From a virus, in IMG/VR virus record IMGVR_UViG_3300009159_000056, positions 19,992 to 83,991 of that record: DNA of 64,000 nucleotides; one strand, 5' to 3'. Position numbers and translations under genes: made by a program. Shown here piece after piece: positions 1 through 9,767 of the stretch (position 1 is the first letter of the stretch; each line of letters starts with the position of its first letter). The notes beneath the pieces are model-generated. The model did not search any database. It saw only the letters and a program-made list of their open reading frames with translations, and was not told the DNA's origin.

Positions 1-553
1 GAGTATCGCCTCCAAAACATGATGGTAGATTTGGCCCTGCTGTAGCAAAACTACCACCAGAAGCACCTTGATTGCCAGCAAATCCTAAAAAATATAAAGT
101 TTGTGCTCCTCCTGGACTAGTAGGTAAGGTGCCGGGATTGGCGCCTGTTGGGCCACCTGCAACTGTGTATGTTAATGCATTATATACGATAGATGATGCA
201 GTGCCGGCACTGCCCAAACCGCCGGCACCAACTCCACCAGATCCAACAGTATATGTTAAACTATAAACATTTTCAATTACTGATATAATAGCTATAGCAA
301 CTGAACCAGACGTGCCGCCATTACCTTTATATCCAGCAAGAGCTGGGCTTGACGCCCCGGATGACCCACCACCTACCATTGTTGCTTTAAATTTAGCGCC
401 AGGAACTTGCAATTCCGCTGGAAAATACCAAGTACCTGTCGCGGCAGCAACTTGCAGCGGCCATGCAGTAGTAGCAAACCCACCACCAAGAATAGGTAAC
501 AAAGTACCATAAACTGTCATACTGTCAAAAGTTGAAGCAACTAATTTTGCCAT
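1..553 (-). CDS. Glycine-rich tail-fibre-associated protein (partial, runs off window start)
   Basis: ATG at 553 with GGAG RBS upstream. Reads MAKLVASTFDSMTVYG...MVGGGSSG...YTVGSGGVGAGG, the same Gly-rich domain type as the C-terminus of 570-4028. Not in the ORF track. Confidence 0.7.
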   Translation of the reverse strand, partial: MAKLVASTFDSMTVYGTLLPILGGGFATTAWPLQVAAATGTWYFPAELQVPGAKFKATMVGGGSSGASSPALAGYKGNGGTSGSVAIAIISVIENVYSLTYTVGSGGVGAGGLGSAGTASSIVYNALTYTVAGGPTGANPGTLPTSPGGAQTLYFLGFAGNQGASGGSFATAGPNLPSCFGGDT

Positions 554-569
554 AATTTACTCCTTATAA

Positions 570-3500
570 TTAAAATGGTACTACAGTACTAGAAATAGCA
601 GATGGCGGGAAAGGATCTAAAATATCTAATAAGTTTGTAGAAGGATACGATCGAGCGCCTGCACCTGTTGCTGGCCAAACTAATCTCACCACTCCAAAAC
701 CACCATTTCCTGCACTCGAGGGGGTATTAACATAACCTGGATATCCTACTTGTACATTATATACCGTTGATGGTGTTACGTTATAAGTAATTTTATATCC
801 TAATCCACCACCACCACCACCACCATTGGTAACGCCCCCACCGCCTCCACCGCCATATCCACCACCTCGAGTAGAAGTATTAGATCCAAGAAGAATAGGA
901 GCGTCTAAACCACCACCAGCTCCCATATATGGATAACCAACGTTAGAGTATGAACCACCACCTCCTGGCGAGATAAGTGATCCGCTCGAACCAACAGTTA
1001 CTCGAGCGCCTGCAGTACCGTTAGATCCGGTTCCATAAATACCAACGCCTCCACCACCAGCAGAATTATAAGCTGGCGCGACGCTAGAGCCACCACCGCC
1101 TCCAGCTCCACCAGCTCCTGCAGTTGCTGCAGTTCCAAGATAACTTTGACCAGTACCACCATTAGCTGAATAACCACCAGCTCCTCCTCCACCAGGAGAT
1201 TGTGAAGCAGCTGCTACACCTCCACGACCTCCACCATCACCTACAAAAGTACCACCGCCTCCTGCAGCCAAATTTTGATCAGAATTACCACCACCGCCAT
1301 TAACGACTGTGTTATTATCAAACCAACTATCACCACCAGCTGGTCTACTTTGACCACCACAACCACCGCCGCCAATACAAAGGATGCTTACGTTACTAAC
1401 ATCGGCTGGACACGTCCAAGTGAACGTAGTATAACTATTGCCATATGGATAAACATTTGAACCAAGGTTAACAGTACCAGTGCCTGAAGCACCACGACCA
1501 TAAGATCTACCATCAGAAAAAAATATTGCAGCATTTTGACCACTAGGTGTAGTACTGAGCATTTGATATTCGTTTGGCGAACTATCGCAAATAGTAGCGG
1601 CATGACAAGTTAATAACACTGTAGTTGGCGAACTTGAAAGCGTTGATGTTGGAGGAGTAAATCCAGTAGTACTGTATATTAACCCTCCCGAAATACGAAG
1701 ATTTGAAATATATCCATCAAAATGATTAGTAGTTCCAAGACCATCACCAAGATCTGCTGCAGCGCCAATAAACACAGCTCCTGGATTTCTTACGCCATAG
1801 TAAGTACTGTCTGTAGCAGTAGCACCAGAAGCTAATACACCATTAATGAATAGATAAGAATTAGTATCAGCTGATGACGTAATATACCTTCTCATATAAC
1901 ACAAATGATACCATGTGTTAATTGATAATGCATTAGTAGAAGTAAGTGATAGAATATTCGAAGAATTCCATACAACTTTATTATCAGAACCGATATACAA
2001 TGATGGTGGAGAAAGTCTATCTAAAATACCTGACCAAGATAGACCATTCGCTGCTGGAGCCATTGGATTTTTAAAATCTAAAATATATTGAGTAATACCT
2101 GTTGTGTTTAATCTTACCCAACACTCAACAGTAAAATTATACAATATATCATTATTATCAGAAAACAATACCTGTTCAATTGTTGACTGGCCTGGATATT
2201 GGCCATAACCTTGGTCTAAACTAGTAGGAGCAGTATTACAAATACCATTAGCGGCGCGAAGACTTTTTGGATTATAGAATAAAAATCTACCTGTGCTTTT
2301 GGTAAACAATAAGCTATGCGCAGGGCCACCATAAGTTTTATCATTAAAACTTCCAGTAACACTTAAATTACCATTACTTGTTACTTTAACATAATTACCT
2401 GTATTGAAAGGTGGATGCGTAGTATTTGCTGTTGCTCTTGAGGTTAGAGCAGTTGCTGATTGATCTGGACCAGTAAAAGAAAGTTTAGAATTAATGGCAG
2501 AATCTTCAAAAGCCACCAATGTATTAGCGGCATTATAGTTAGTATTTAATAACATTATAGTACCATACACATTCTCAGGTGGAGCATTTGGAGTTGTATA
2601 TGATGCAGCTGAATAAAGCGTGCGACCCCTAACATATCTAAGATTTGAAATATTGCCAGTAAATGAATTCGTAATAGCGCTCGTAGCAGTTCTACCACCA
2701 ATCATAAAATATCGAGCATTGGAAGCTTCCAACGTGCCAGAACCAGTCAAAGTACCAGTAGTAATTTTAGCTCCATTAATGAAAAGATCAATGGTAGTTC
2801 CGTTTCTAGAAACTACCATATGATACCACGTATTGATACTAAATGCAAAGTTAGCAGCAAAAGTTTGTTCAACTGTACTAATAACTGCAGTAAATGCTAT
2901 TTGAAGAGTACCTGCCACATTTTGGATATACCAATAAAATGGTCCTCTAGTGGCACTTACTAACGTTTCAGCCGTATCATAAAACGCTGAAACGATACCA
3001 GCCGTAACGCCACCCGTTGGCAAAACTGTTGGATATATCCAACATTCTAATGAAAAATTATCATTTTTTGGTCGTAGTATAGGTATGTTGTTTAAACAAA
3101 CACGAAAAATAGTTGTACCACTAAAATATAAACTACCTTGATATGATGAATTAAGATCAACTTCATTTAATGATTCAACACGTAATTTACCATTAGCATA
3201 TCGTTTTTTAGCAGCGTATGGTGTAGGTTGTGGAGAAAATGGAACAACGGTATTGCTACTGACTACAGCGCCAACAGCTGTTAGTGTACCACCAACCTTA
3301 TCAAAACTAACGTTAGCAGAAGCTGCTACTAAATATTGTGTATTCGAACTAATTACACCTAATTCTCTTCTTGGAACAACAAAACATCTTTTAGAATTAG
3401 AATGGGTTACTGCTGTTGGTTGAGCGTTAGAAACATGCCTAGATGTATATAATGCCATACCATGAAGGTGTCTTAAATTAGAAAGATATCCAACAAATCC

Positions 3501-4028
3501 AGCACTGAACGCTGCAACTTGACCAACTATTGGTCTACTAGCTGTAGCTGTGTAAGTAAGGGCGTCCGCATTCGAATTTTCTAAATACCCATTTAAATAT
3601 AATTTTAAATTGTGTTGAGTTTCAGTCACATTGTTTGCCAGCTGATCTCTCACGAGAGCAAAATGATACCAATTATTTTGTTGAATGATAGAGGGACCTA
3701 TCATTACCTGTGTACCATTAAGAACAACTCTAAGTTGTGTATTACCTGCTACACCAACCGTATTTAACTGTATAGTTGGTGCTGCGCCAGTATAATCTAG
3801 TATAGTTTGACCAGCAATAGTGGTAGTATTTGTAGTATAAAACCAACCTTCAATAGTGTATGGTAAAGTGCCAATCGCAGTTAGTGAGCCGACGATTGTC
3901 GAATACACACCTGCTGCTCCTGTATACTGCAAACTATATGTGTTCGATATTCCAGTGTATTCGTCAAGCGAACCGAATTTGTTATCAACATAATAAGTAC
4001 CAGTATTACTAATCTTATATAAAGCCAT
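570..4028 (-). CDS. Tail fibre/adhesin with three LamG (concanavalin A-like) domains and a C-terminal glycine-rich domain
   Basis: Three repeats of F(T/S)xExW...WYH...L(F/Y)(I/L)NG...GY(I/L)SNLR; C-terminal CIGGGG...GGGG...GxGVVRLVW. Confidence 0.8.
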   Translation of the reverse strand: MALYKISNTGTYYVDNKFGSLDEYTGISNTYSLQYTGAAGVYSTIVGSLTAIGTLPYTIEGWFYTTNTTTIAGQTILDYTGAAPTIQLNTVGVAGNTQLRVVLNGTQVMIGPSIIQQNNWYHFALVRDQLANNVTETQHNLKLYLNGYLENSNADALTYTATASRPIVGQVAAFSAGFVGYLSNLRHLHGMALYTSRHVSNAQPTAVTHSNSKRCFVVPRRELGVISSNTQYLVAASANVSFDKVGGTLTAVGAVVSSNTVVPFSPQPTPYAAKKRYANGKLRVESLNEVDLNSSYQGSLYFSGTTIFRVCLNNIPILRPKNDNFSLECWIYPTVLPTGGVTAGIVSAFYDTAETLVSATRGPFYWYIQNVAGTLQIAFTAVISTVEQTFAANFAFSINTWYHMVVSRNGTTIDLFINGAKITTGTLTGSGTLEASNARYFMIGGRTATSAITNSFTGNISNLRYVRGRTLYSAASYTTPNAPPENVYGTIMLLNTNYNAANTLVAFEDSAINSKLSFTGPDQSATALTSRATANTTHPPFNTGNYVKVTSNGNLSVTGSFNDKTYGGPAHSLLFTKSTGRFLFYNPKSLRAANGICNTAPTSLDQGYGQYPGQSTIEQVLFSDNNDILYNFTVECWVRLNTTGITQYILDFKNPMAPAANGLSWSGILDRLSPPSLYIGSDNKVVWNSSNILSLTSTNALSINTWYHLCYMRRYITSSADTNSYLFINGVLASGATATDSTYYGVRNPGAVFIGAAADLGDGLGTTNHFDGYISNLRISGGLIYSTTGFTPPTSTLSSSPTTVLLTCHAATICDSSPNEYQMLSTTPSGQNAAIFFSDGRSYGRGASGTGTVNLGSNVYPYGNSYTTFTWTCPADVSNVSILCIGGGGCGGQSRPAGGDSWFDNNTVVNGGGGNSDQNLAAGGGGTFVGDGGGRGGVAAASQSPGGGGAGGYSANGGTGQSYLGTAATAGAGGAGGGGGSSVAPAYNSAGGGGVGIYGTGSNGTAGARVTVGSSGSLISPGGGGSYSNVGYPYMGAGGGLDAPILLGSNTSTRGGGYGGGGGGGVTNGGGGGGGLGYKITYNVTPSTVYNVQVGYPGYVNTPSSAGNGGFGVVRLVWPATGAGARSYPSTNLLDILDPFPPSAISSTVVPF

Positions 4029-5113
4029 TATATGAACACCAAATCTACACTGCTGGTTGAAGTATTATAATATGTATATGATGTGTTAGCACCGCTCGAA
4101 TTAGTAGTTACCAAATTACTATAAACTACAGCGTTAGCAACTACGTTACCTGTAAACGTGATAGTATTAGAAAACGATTGAGTATTAGTCCAAGCAATTT
4201 GATCAGTGGCAGCAATACCACCACCACCACCACCAGAAGCAGCTGCCCAGTAAACGTTAGCGCCAGCGCCGCCAGAAGTAAGAACATGAGTAGCAGTGCC
4301 AACAGAACCATTAGCAGAAATTGTATTCGTGCTGAGAATTGCACCGTTAAACGTGATAGTATTAGAAAACGATTGAGTATTAGTCCAAGCAATTTGGTTA
4401 GTTGCTGCAAGACCACCACCACCTGAAACTGTTGACCAATAAACGTTACCATTACCATCAGAAGTTAAATTTTGTCCTGCAGTTCCCCAAACACCGTTTG
4501 CTTGAATACCAGAGCCGTTGGTGAAAATTAAATCTCCAAGAGCATCAATAACTATCTGAGCTTTAGCATACATATTTGTCGTAAAATATGTGTTAGTTGC
4601 ATTAAAATTTAAATTACCGCCGATGGTAAAATTGCCACTAGTATTGACAGCGTAAGAAGGTAACGTAGACCAATAAGGAGCGCCAGTTACACCATTAGAA
4701 GTCAATATATATCCAGAAGTTCCTACGCTACCATTAGCTGATAGTGGTATGTTTGGTATTGTTATTTGTGTAGAATTTGCGATAAACGACGACCCAATAG
4801 TATAAGAAGCAGCGTTTATTGTACCTGTGTGATAAGCACCAGTCGTGTTAGCTATAAATGATGCACCGACTGTGTAAGAAGCAGCATTAACAGTGCCTGT
4901 GTATACACCCGTAGTATTTGCAGTAGTAACAGCATTAATGCTTAACGAAGATGAGTTCATATAAGCATTAATTGTGTTATTACCAATAAACAAAGTAGTT
5001 ACGTTCGCGAGAATACCACCAGTACCAGTAGTATTATTACTCGTACCTACATAAACAGAGGTATCGACATTCGCTGTACCATAAATTCTAGTTCCACTTT
5101 GAAGTTTTGCCAT
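4028..5113 (-). CDS. Tail fibre-like virion protein
   Basis: Asn/Thr/Gly-rich; three GT(A/S)xxxLTSxG...YW motifs and two QIAWTNTQSFSNTITF repeats. Confidence 0.65.
   Translation of the reverse strand: MAKLQSGTRIYGTANVDTSVYVGTSNNTTGTGGILANVTTLFIGNNTINAYMNSSSLSINAVTTANTTGVYTGTVNAASYTVGASFIANTTGAYHTGTINAASYTIGSSFIANSTQITIPNIPLSANGSVGTSGYILTSNGVTGAPYWSTLPSYAVNTSGNFTIGGNLNFNATNTYFTTNMYAKAQIVIDALGDLIFTNGSGIQANGVWGTAGQNLTSDGNGNVYWSTVSGGGGLAATNQIAWTNTQSFSNTITFNGAILSTNTISANGSVGTATHVLTSGGAGANVYWAAASGGGGGGIAATDQIAWTNTQSFSNTITFTGNVVANAVVYSNLVTTNSSGANTSYTYYNTSTSSVDLVFI
4153..4396. repeat. Exact 49-nt intragenic direct repeat (4153-4201 and 4348-4396)
   Basis: taaacgtgatagtattagaaaacgattgagtattagtccaagcaatttg occurs twice. 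Confidence 0.9.
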
Positions 5114-5144
5114 TTGTCTACCTATTTTTTAACTATTTATTAGT

Positions 5145-6020
5145 TTAAACTATACCTGTCTGTTCATCAAATACGCCAGCAATAAGATAACTACCAGTTG
5201 AGTACTGTTGTCTTTTTATAGAAAATGAAGGTATAACAGAGTTAGTAGTCGTTGAAGAGCCATTATTTGTTATTGAAAAGCCAACGCCTCCGGCTGTTCC
5301 GTTATCTATAATTGTTGAATTTTGACAAGTAAGAAGAACAGTATTTGTAATATTCGATAACGGTCCTAATGGACTAAATGCTGAAGTATATACTGCTGTG
5401 CCCTTTACAATTCTAAAATTACTAAAATATCCAGCTTGGGCGTAGTTAAATCCAGTTTGTGGATTGTTTATAGCAAACGTTTGATTAAGAAAAGTAGCGC
5501 TGTTTGTTACAGTACCTACGCTAGCTCCATTCAAATACATAGTTATAGTAGTTCCGCTTCTAACTACTGCTAAATGATGCCATGAATTTAATGTAAGACC
5601 ACTGCTACCATTTATTGCTATAGATCCAGCGGTTATTGAAAATTGAGGAACTCCTGATGTTGATAAAAATAAACAGGGTGTATTAGAAACAACACCACCA
5701 TTAGTTCTGTAATCCCATATACAACTCGTAAGAGCATTCCATGCTGTTGGATATACCCAAGTTTCAATTGTAAAATTACCAGCACCAAGAGCTAAAGTGG
5801 TAGAAGTACCAGCAGACAAATATTTACCAAGACTACTACTAAACAAAACAGAATATGAATTATTTGGTATCGTAACCTCATCATATATACCAGCTATGGT
5901 ATGAGTACCGTCGCTATCTTGTTGAGTTGTTTTTCCTGTTAATCCTGTAACCTCATCAAATACACCAGTATTTTGTATTGAAAAATTACCAGACGAATTT
6001 AATCTAGAAACTAGAGCCAT
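5145..6020 (-). CDS. LamG/concanavalin A-like lectin domain protein
   Basis: FTIETWVYP...WHHLAVVR...MYLNG...GYFSNFRIVKG...TVLLTCQ. Confidence 0.8.
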   Translation of the reverse strand: MALVSRLNSSGNFSIQNTGVFDEVTGLTGKTTQQDSDGTHTIAGIYDEVTIPNNSYSVLFSSSLGKYLSAGTSTTLALGAGNFTIETWVYPTAWNALTSCIWDYRTNGGVVSNTPCLFLSTSGVPQFSITAGSIAINGSSGLTLNSWHHLAVVRSGTTITMYLNGASVGTVTNSATFLNQTFAINNPQTGFNYAQAGYFSNFRIVKGTAVYTSAFSPLGPLSNITNTVLLTCQNSTIIDNGTAGGVGFSITNNGSSTTTNSVIPSFSIKRQQYSTGSYLIAGVFDEQTGIV

Positions 6021-7081
6021 TATCCAAATACCGTATCAAGAGTCCCAAGAGTTTCATTATAATACATATACACTACGCTTATATTCGTTGAGTTAGCAAA
6101 GCCGACACGTCCATCGGTATATATGTTGTCGCTTACGCCCAAACCGCCAGTAATTTTAACTGCACCAGAAGTATTATTACCTGATGTTGTTGTGTTCGAA
6201 AATGTATGAACGTTAGTCCAAGTAAATGTGTTAGAAACAGAAACTGTTGCAGTAGCGGTGCCAGTGTATGATGTAGAATTAATTGTTGCAAATACTGTAC
6301 TATTACCAATAAGAATAGTTGTGACATTGGCGCTTACAGAATTACCAGCAGCTCCAGGAACAGAGCCTACCGTATACATAGTACCGAATACGTTGTTGGT
6401 ACCAGTAAAGTTTAAGTTGCCTGATAAAATTCTTGATTCTGTGTTTTGAACGTAGCTAGCAGCTGCAACAGCTCCTAATCTACTCGAATCATATGCTACG
6501 TTACCAGAGCCAGAAATAGAAGTTAGACCACCACCGCCAGTTACAGTAGACCAGTAAATATTAGAACTACCATTAGATGTTAATACTTGACCTGCAGTAC
6601 CTTGGGAACCAGTCGAATCAAGGATAGTAACACCAGTAGGAATATTTAACCCACCGCCGTGACTAGTTCTAACAGCAAAATTGAGATTACTTGTTATACT
6701 GTTAGCGTATATTGAAAATACAGGTCTGGGACCATAAGCTGTATTTGTTGTATAAAATACAAAGTTATCATCGTTTTGATTAATAAAAAAAGAATAAGCA
6801 GTTGTATTAATCGTTTGAAAACGTAAAGCTTTATCATTATTGTGTGTGACTGTATTTGCAAATGTTTGTGTATTCGTCCACGTATACTGAGCATCCTGGT
6901 TTACGCCACCAGTACTAGTAAGTGTAATTAAAGCTGAGCCATTTGATGAATAAAGAATACCGTCGGCCATATTCAGCGCTAGTTCGCCAGCTGCTATATA
7001 TGTGCTATTACTTGTACTGGTTACGTTTGGAGTGCGAGCACTTACAGAAGTTCTCTTTACTTGAAATACATTATTAGCCAT
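6020..7081 (-). CDS. Tail fibre-like protein with Mtd-N-like anchoring motif
   Basis: N-terminal QVKRT...P...AAGELALNMADGILY; GTAGQVLTSNG..YW motif. Confidence 0.65.
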   Translation of the reverse strand: MANNVFQVKRTSVSARTPNVTSTSNSTYIAAGELALNMADGILYSSNGSALITLTSTGGVNQDAQYTWTNTQTFANTVTHNNDKALRFQTINTTAYSFFINQNDDNFVFYTTNTAYGPRPVFSIYANSITSNLNFAVRTSHGGGLNIPTGVTILDSTGSQGTAGQVLTSNGSSNIYWSTVTGGGGLTSISGSGNVAYDSSRLGAVAAASYVQNTESRILSGNLNFTGTNNVFGTMYTVGSVPGAAGNSVSANVTTILIGNSTVFATINSTSYTGTATATVSVSNTFTWTNVHTFSNTTTSGNNTSGAVKITGGLGVSDNIYTDGRVGFANSTNISVVYMYYNETLGTLDTVFG

Positions 7082-7112
7082 ATGGCTCCCTCATAAACGG
7101 TATATACCGAGG

Positions 7113-7307
7113 TTAGAATACTTCTACTTCTTTTTTTGGAGCTTTCTTATCTAAGGAAGCTTTCATTTTTTGATTTTCTATTTGAAGACTAGCGATTAAC
7201 TTTTCAGCAATCGCTAGCCTTGTTTGCATCATTATTTCAGAACGAGTCAGTTCTTCAATTTTTTTACTCATCATTTCAATATAAACATTGACAAATTCTT
7301 CATTCAT
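7113..7307 (-). CDS. Small coiled-coil hypothetical protein
   Basis: 64 aa with heptad pattern, inside the structural operon. Confidence 0.6.
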   Translation of the reverse strand: MNEEFVNVYIEMMSKKIEELTRSEIMMQTRLAIAEKLIASLQIENQKMKASLDKKAPKKEVEVF

Positions 7308-7334
7308 AGGTATAATAATCCTGTAACGAATATA

Positions 7335-9143
7335 TTAGAACGTACCACCATCAAGTGTACCATATGCAGGTAGGTTATTAGTAATCTGCAGTACTTGACC
7401 ATTTGCTACAGATGCAGGGACAGCCAGCTTACTTAGAGCGGTAGTAGTTGAAGCATAAAGTATATCACCAACCGTATACCCAGTTTGGCCAGTGCCACCA
7501 TAAGTAGCAGCAAGAGCAGTAGATAAGCTTAAAGTATTAGCAACAAGAGCAACTGATACAGTAGAGTTTGCAGTAATATTTGTTACAGTAGAATTTGCAA
7601 TTAATGCACTACTGTTTAAGTATGAATTAAGCGTACCTTTATTATAACCACCTGCAGTATCATCAACCACACCTGTTGGTTCTGTAGTTGATGAAAACAG
7701 AGTAAATATAGGATTAGTTAAGCTGGCACCCACGGCATCATGTTTTCTGACCATACCAGAATAGTATACAGTGCTACTATTACCAGAAACGCCATAAAAA
7801 CCAATATCAGTAGTATCTGCAGTGCTATTACCGTTAGCTAATCTAATGTTAGCATCTTTAACAATTAAAGTAGTAGTATCGATACTTGTTAGAGTACCGC
7901 TGACAGTCAAGTTACCAGCAACTACAACGTCTCTAACATTTAATTGACCAGAGTTAATTTGAACATTTGCCGCTGATATGGTTACATTCGAATTCATAGT
8001 AATAGTAGCGCCATCAGCAGCTGTAATAGTATTAGCTTTAACTGTATTAGCAATTATACTATTAGAGCCACCAAAAGTAAGGGTATTTGAACTGTCTACG
8101 CTTATTGAAGAGTTACCGATAAAGATAGTATTACCAGAAACGTAAAGAGAAGCCCATTTTAAGCTGGAATTACCTAGAGTATAGGTAGCATCAGCAGCTG
8201 GTATAAAGTTAGATATAATTTTTCCAGCAAATACAGCGTTACTGTTAAATACAGTATTCGTGCCACCGAATGTAGAATTACCTGTATAAGAACCATTTCT
8301 GGAAAGCGTATCAGCCATTGCATTAGAATAAGCATTTGCAGCTTTATCGCTAGCATATGTATTGAGATCTCCAGCAGTATTACCGCCGACAGCTGAAGCA
8401 TTAGATGCAAGCCCGCTGAAAGATGTAGAATTGATGGTAGAATTAACTGTACTATTACCGATACTTAAAGTGCCGAAATTTTGATCTGAGATAAAAGTAA
8501 GTCTACTATTAGATCCCATAGTTCCAGAATTATTAAACTGGATATATGTGTTAGACCCACTAACAGAAGAGCTAGCAGGAGCCGCCGCCCAATAAGCTAC
8601 AGAACCATTAGAATACAGTACATCACCTGCAGTACCAACAGTAGTATTAGCTTTCAAAGCGCCAGTAATAGTTAGCGAACCAGCGCTAACGTTATTTTGT
8701 ACTGATAAAGTATTTGACGATTTATCGAAAGTAAAGGCTGAATTGCCTTGTAGTGCTCCGGAATCGTTGAACTGAACTTGTGTATTAGAGCCACCAATTG
8801 TAAGACCTGCAGTTATATCTGTCCAGTAAACGTTATTAACACCACCGCCAGAAACAAGCGCCTGACCTACCGAACCAAAACCGCCATTAGCATATACTTT
8901 TTCCAGCGTTGCATTCGATACTTTAATAGCATCTAACCAGCTAGTATTATTGGCGACAAGAGCTTGATTAGCTGTTAATGTTCCAGGGGATTGCTGACCA
9001 GCAATTCTTATATTACTAGAACCATCAGGAGCGCCGATCCAAAGTGTATTGCTGTTACCACTGAATGCGAATTCGCCGTTTGATAATGCAGGTATTACTG
9101 CATTCGTAGCAGAGCGTTTAATTTGAATTTTGTTGTCAGCCAT
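7335..9143 (-). CDS. Tail fibre-like virion protein
   Basis: IQIKRS...LSNGEFAFS N-terminus; GSNTQVQFN repeats; ends DGGTF. Confidence 0.7.
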   Translation of the reverse strand: MADNKIQIKRSATNAVIPALSNGEFAFSGNSNTLWIGAPDGSSNIRIAGQQSPGTLTANQALVANNTSWLDAIKVSNATLEKVYANGGFGSVGQALVSGGGVNNVYWTDITAGLTIGGSNTQVQFNDSGALQGNSAFTFDKSSNTLSVQNNVSAGSLTITGALKANTTVGTAGDVLYSNGSVAYWAAAPASSSVSGSNTYIQFNNSGTMGSNSRLTFISDQNFGTLSIGNSTVNSTINSTSFSGLASNASAVGGNTAGDLNTYASDKAANAYSNAMADTLSRNGSYTGNSTFGGTNTVFNSNAVFAGKIISNFIPAADATYTLGNSSLKWASLYVSGNTIFIGNSSISVDSSNTLTFGGSNSIIANTVKANTITAADGATITMNSNVTISAANVQINSGQLNVRDVVVAGNLTVSGTLTSIDTTTLIVKDANIRLANGNSTADTTDIGFYGVSGNSSTVYYSGMVRKHDAVGASLTNPIFTLFSSTTEPTGVVDDTAGGYNKGTLNSYLNSSALIANSTVTNITANSTVSVALVANTLSLSTALAATYGGTGQTGYTVGDILYASTTTALSKLAVPASVANGQVLQITNNLPAYGTLDGGTF

Positions 9144-9173
9144 TATCTTTCTCCTTTATTAATTAATCATAAT

Positions 9174-9443
9174 TTAGAAAGATCCGCCATCTATCGATGA
9201 AACGATCACAGTAATTTGTTTTACTTCATATTTATCTGTTGTGGCGTTGTACACTAATGTATCTCCATCAGCAGGATTACCTTCAACAACGTCTAACAAA
9301 TTGTGGATATAATTTTGATTTACAGAAGCTAAATTATTTTTAAGTGTAACTGGAGAACCAGATACGCCTGAAAATGGAGTTTTAATATCGGCAGTTATAG
9401 AATTGATAGCTGGATTTTTGACAACAGCTTTAATAGTCGTCAT
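9174..9443 (-). CDS. Small virion protein
   Basis: DGDTLVYNATTDKY motif; ends DGGSF, like its neighbour. Confidence 0.6.
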   Translation of the reverse strand: MTTIKAVVKNPAINSITADIKTPFSGVSGSPVTLKNNLASVNQNYIHNLLDVVEGNPADGDTLVYNATTDKYEVKQITVIVSSIDGGSF

Positions 9444-9766
9444 TATACAGAAACCCTCGGTGTAACAGTAACGATACCTTCAATAATTCGATTTACATTA
9501 TTTAGTGAATCTGTTAAAAGGACATCATAAACATATCTGCCAGCAGTTAATGAAGAAGAATTGCTAGAATTCATAGATAACAAAACTATACCTTCACTTA
9601 AAGTAACTACGAAACTTTTATATGTTGATGATGTGTAACTCTTACGCATTTGAGCTAAACCAGTATAACCACTAAGGTCTAATGGATTATTTTCTTCATC
9701 CGTCAATACGATTTCAGTATTAAACGTAGTTCCCTGATCTATAGTTATGTTAGCTTTTGTTGCCAT
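9443..9766 (-). CDS. Conserved T4-like virion structural protein (Ig-like adaptor)
   Basis: ANITIDQGTTF...DLSGYT..AQMRKSY...GRYVYDV...RIIEGIVTVTP. Confidence 0.7.
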   Translation of the reverse strand: MATKANITIDQGTTFNTEIVLTDEENNPLDLSGYTGLAQMRKSYTSSTYKSFVVTLSEGIVLLSMNSSNSSSLTAGRYVYDVLLTDSLNNVNRIIEGIVTVTPRVSV

Positions 9767-9767
9767 G

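Noticed and set aside
4153-4396. Possible diversity-generating retroelement TR/VR pair
   Set aside because: The copies are identical with no adenine-specific mismatches, both lie in one ORF, and no reverse transcriptase is in the window.
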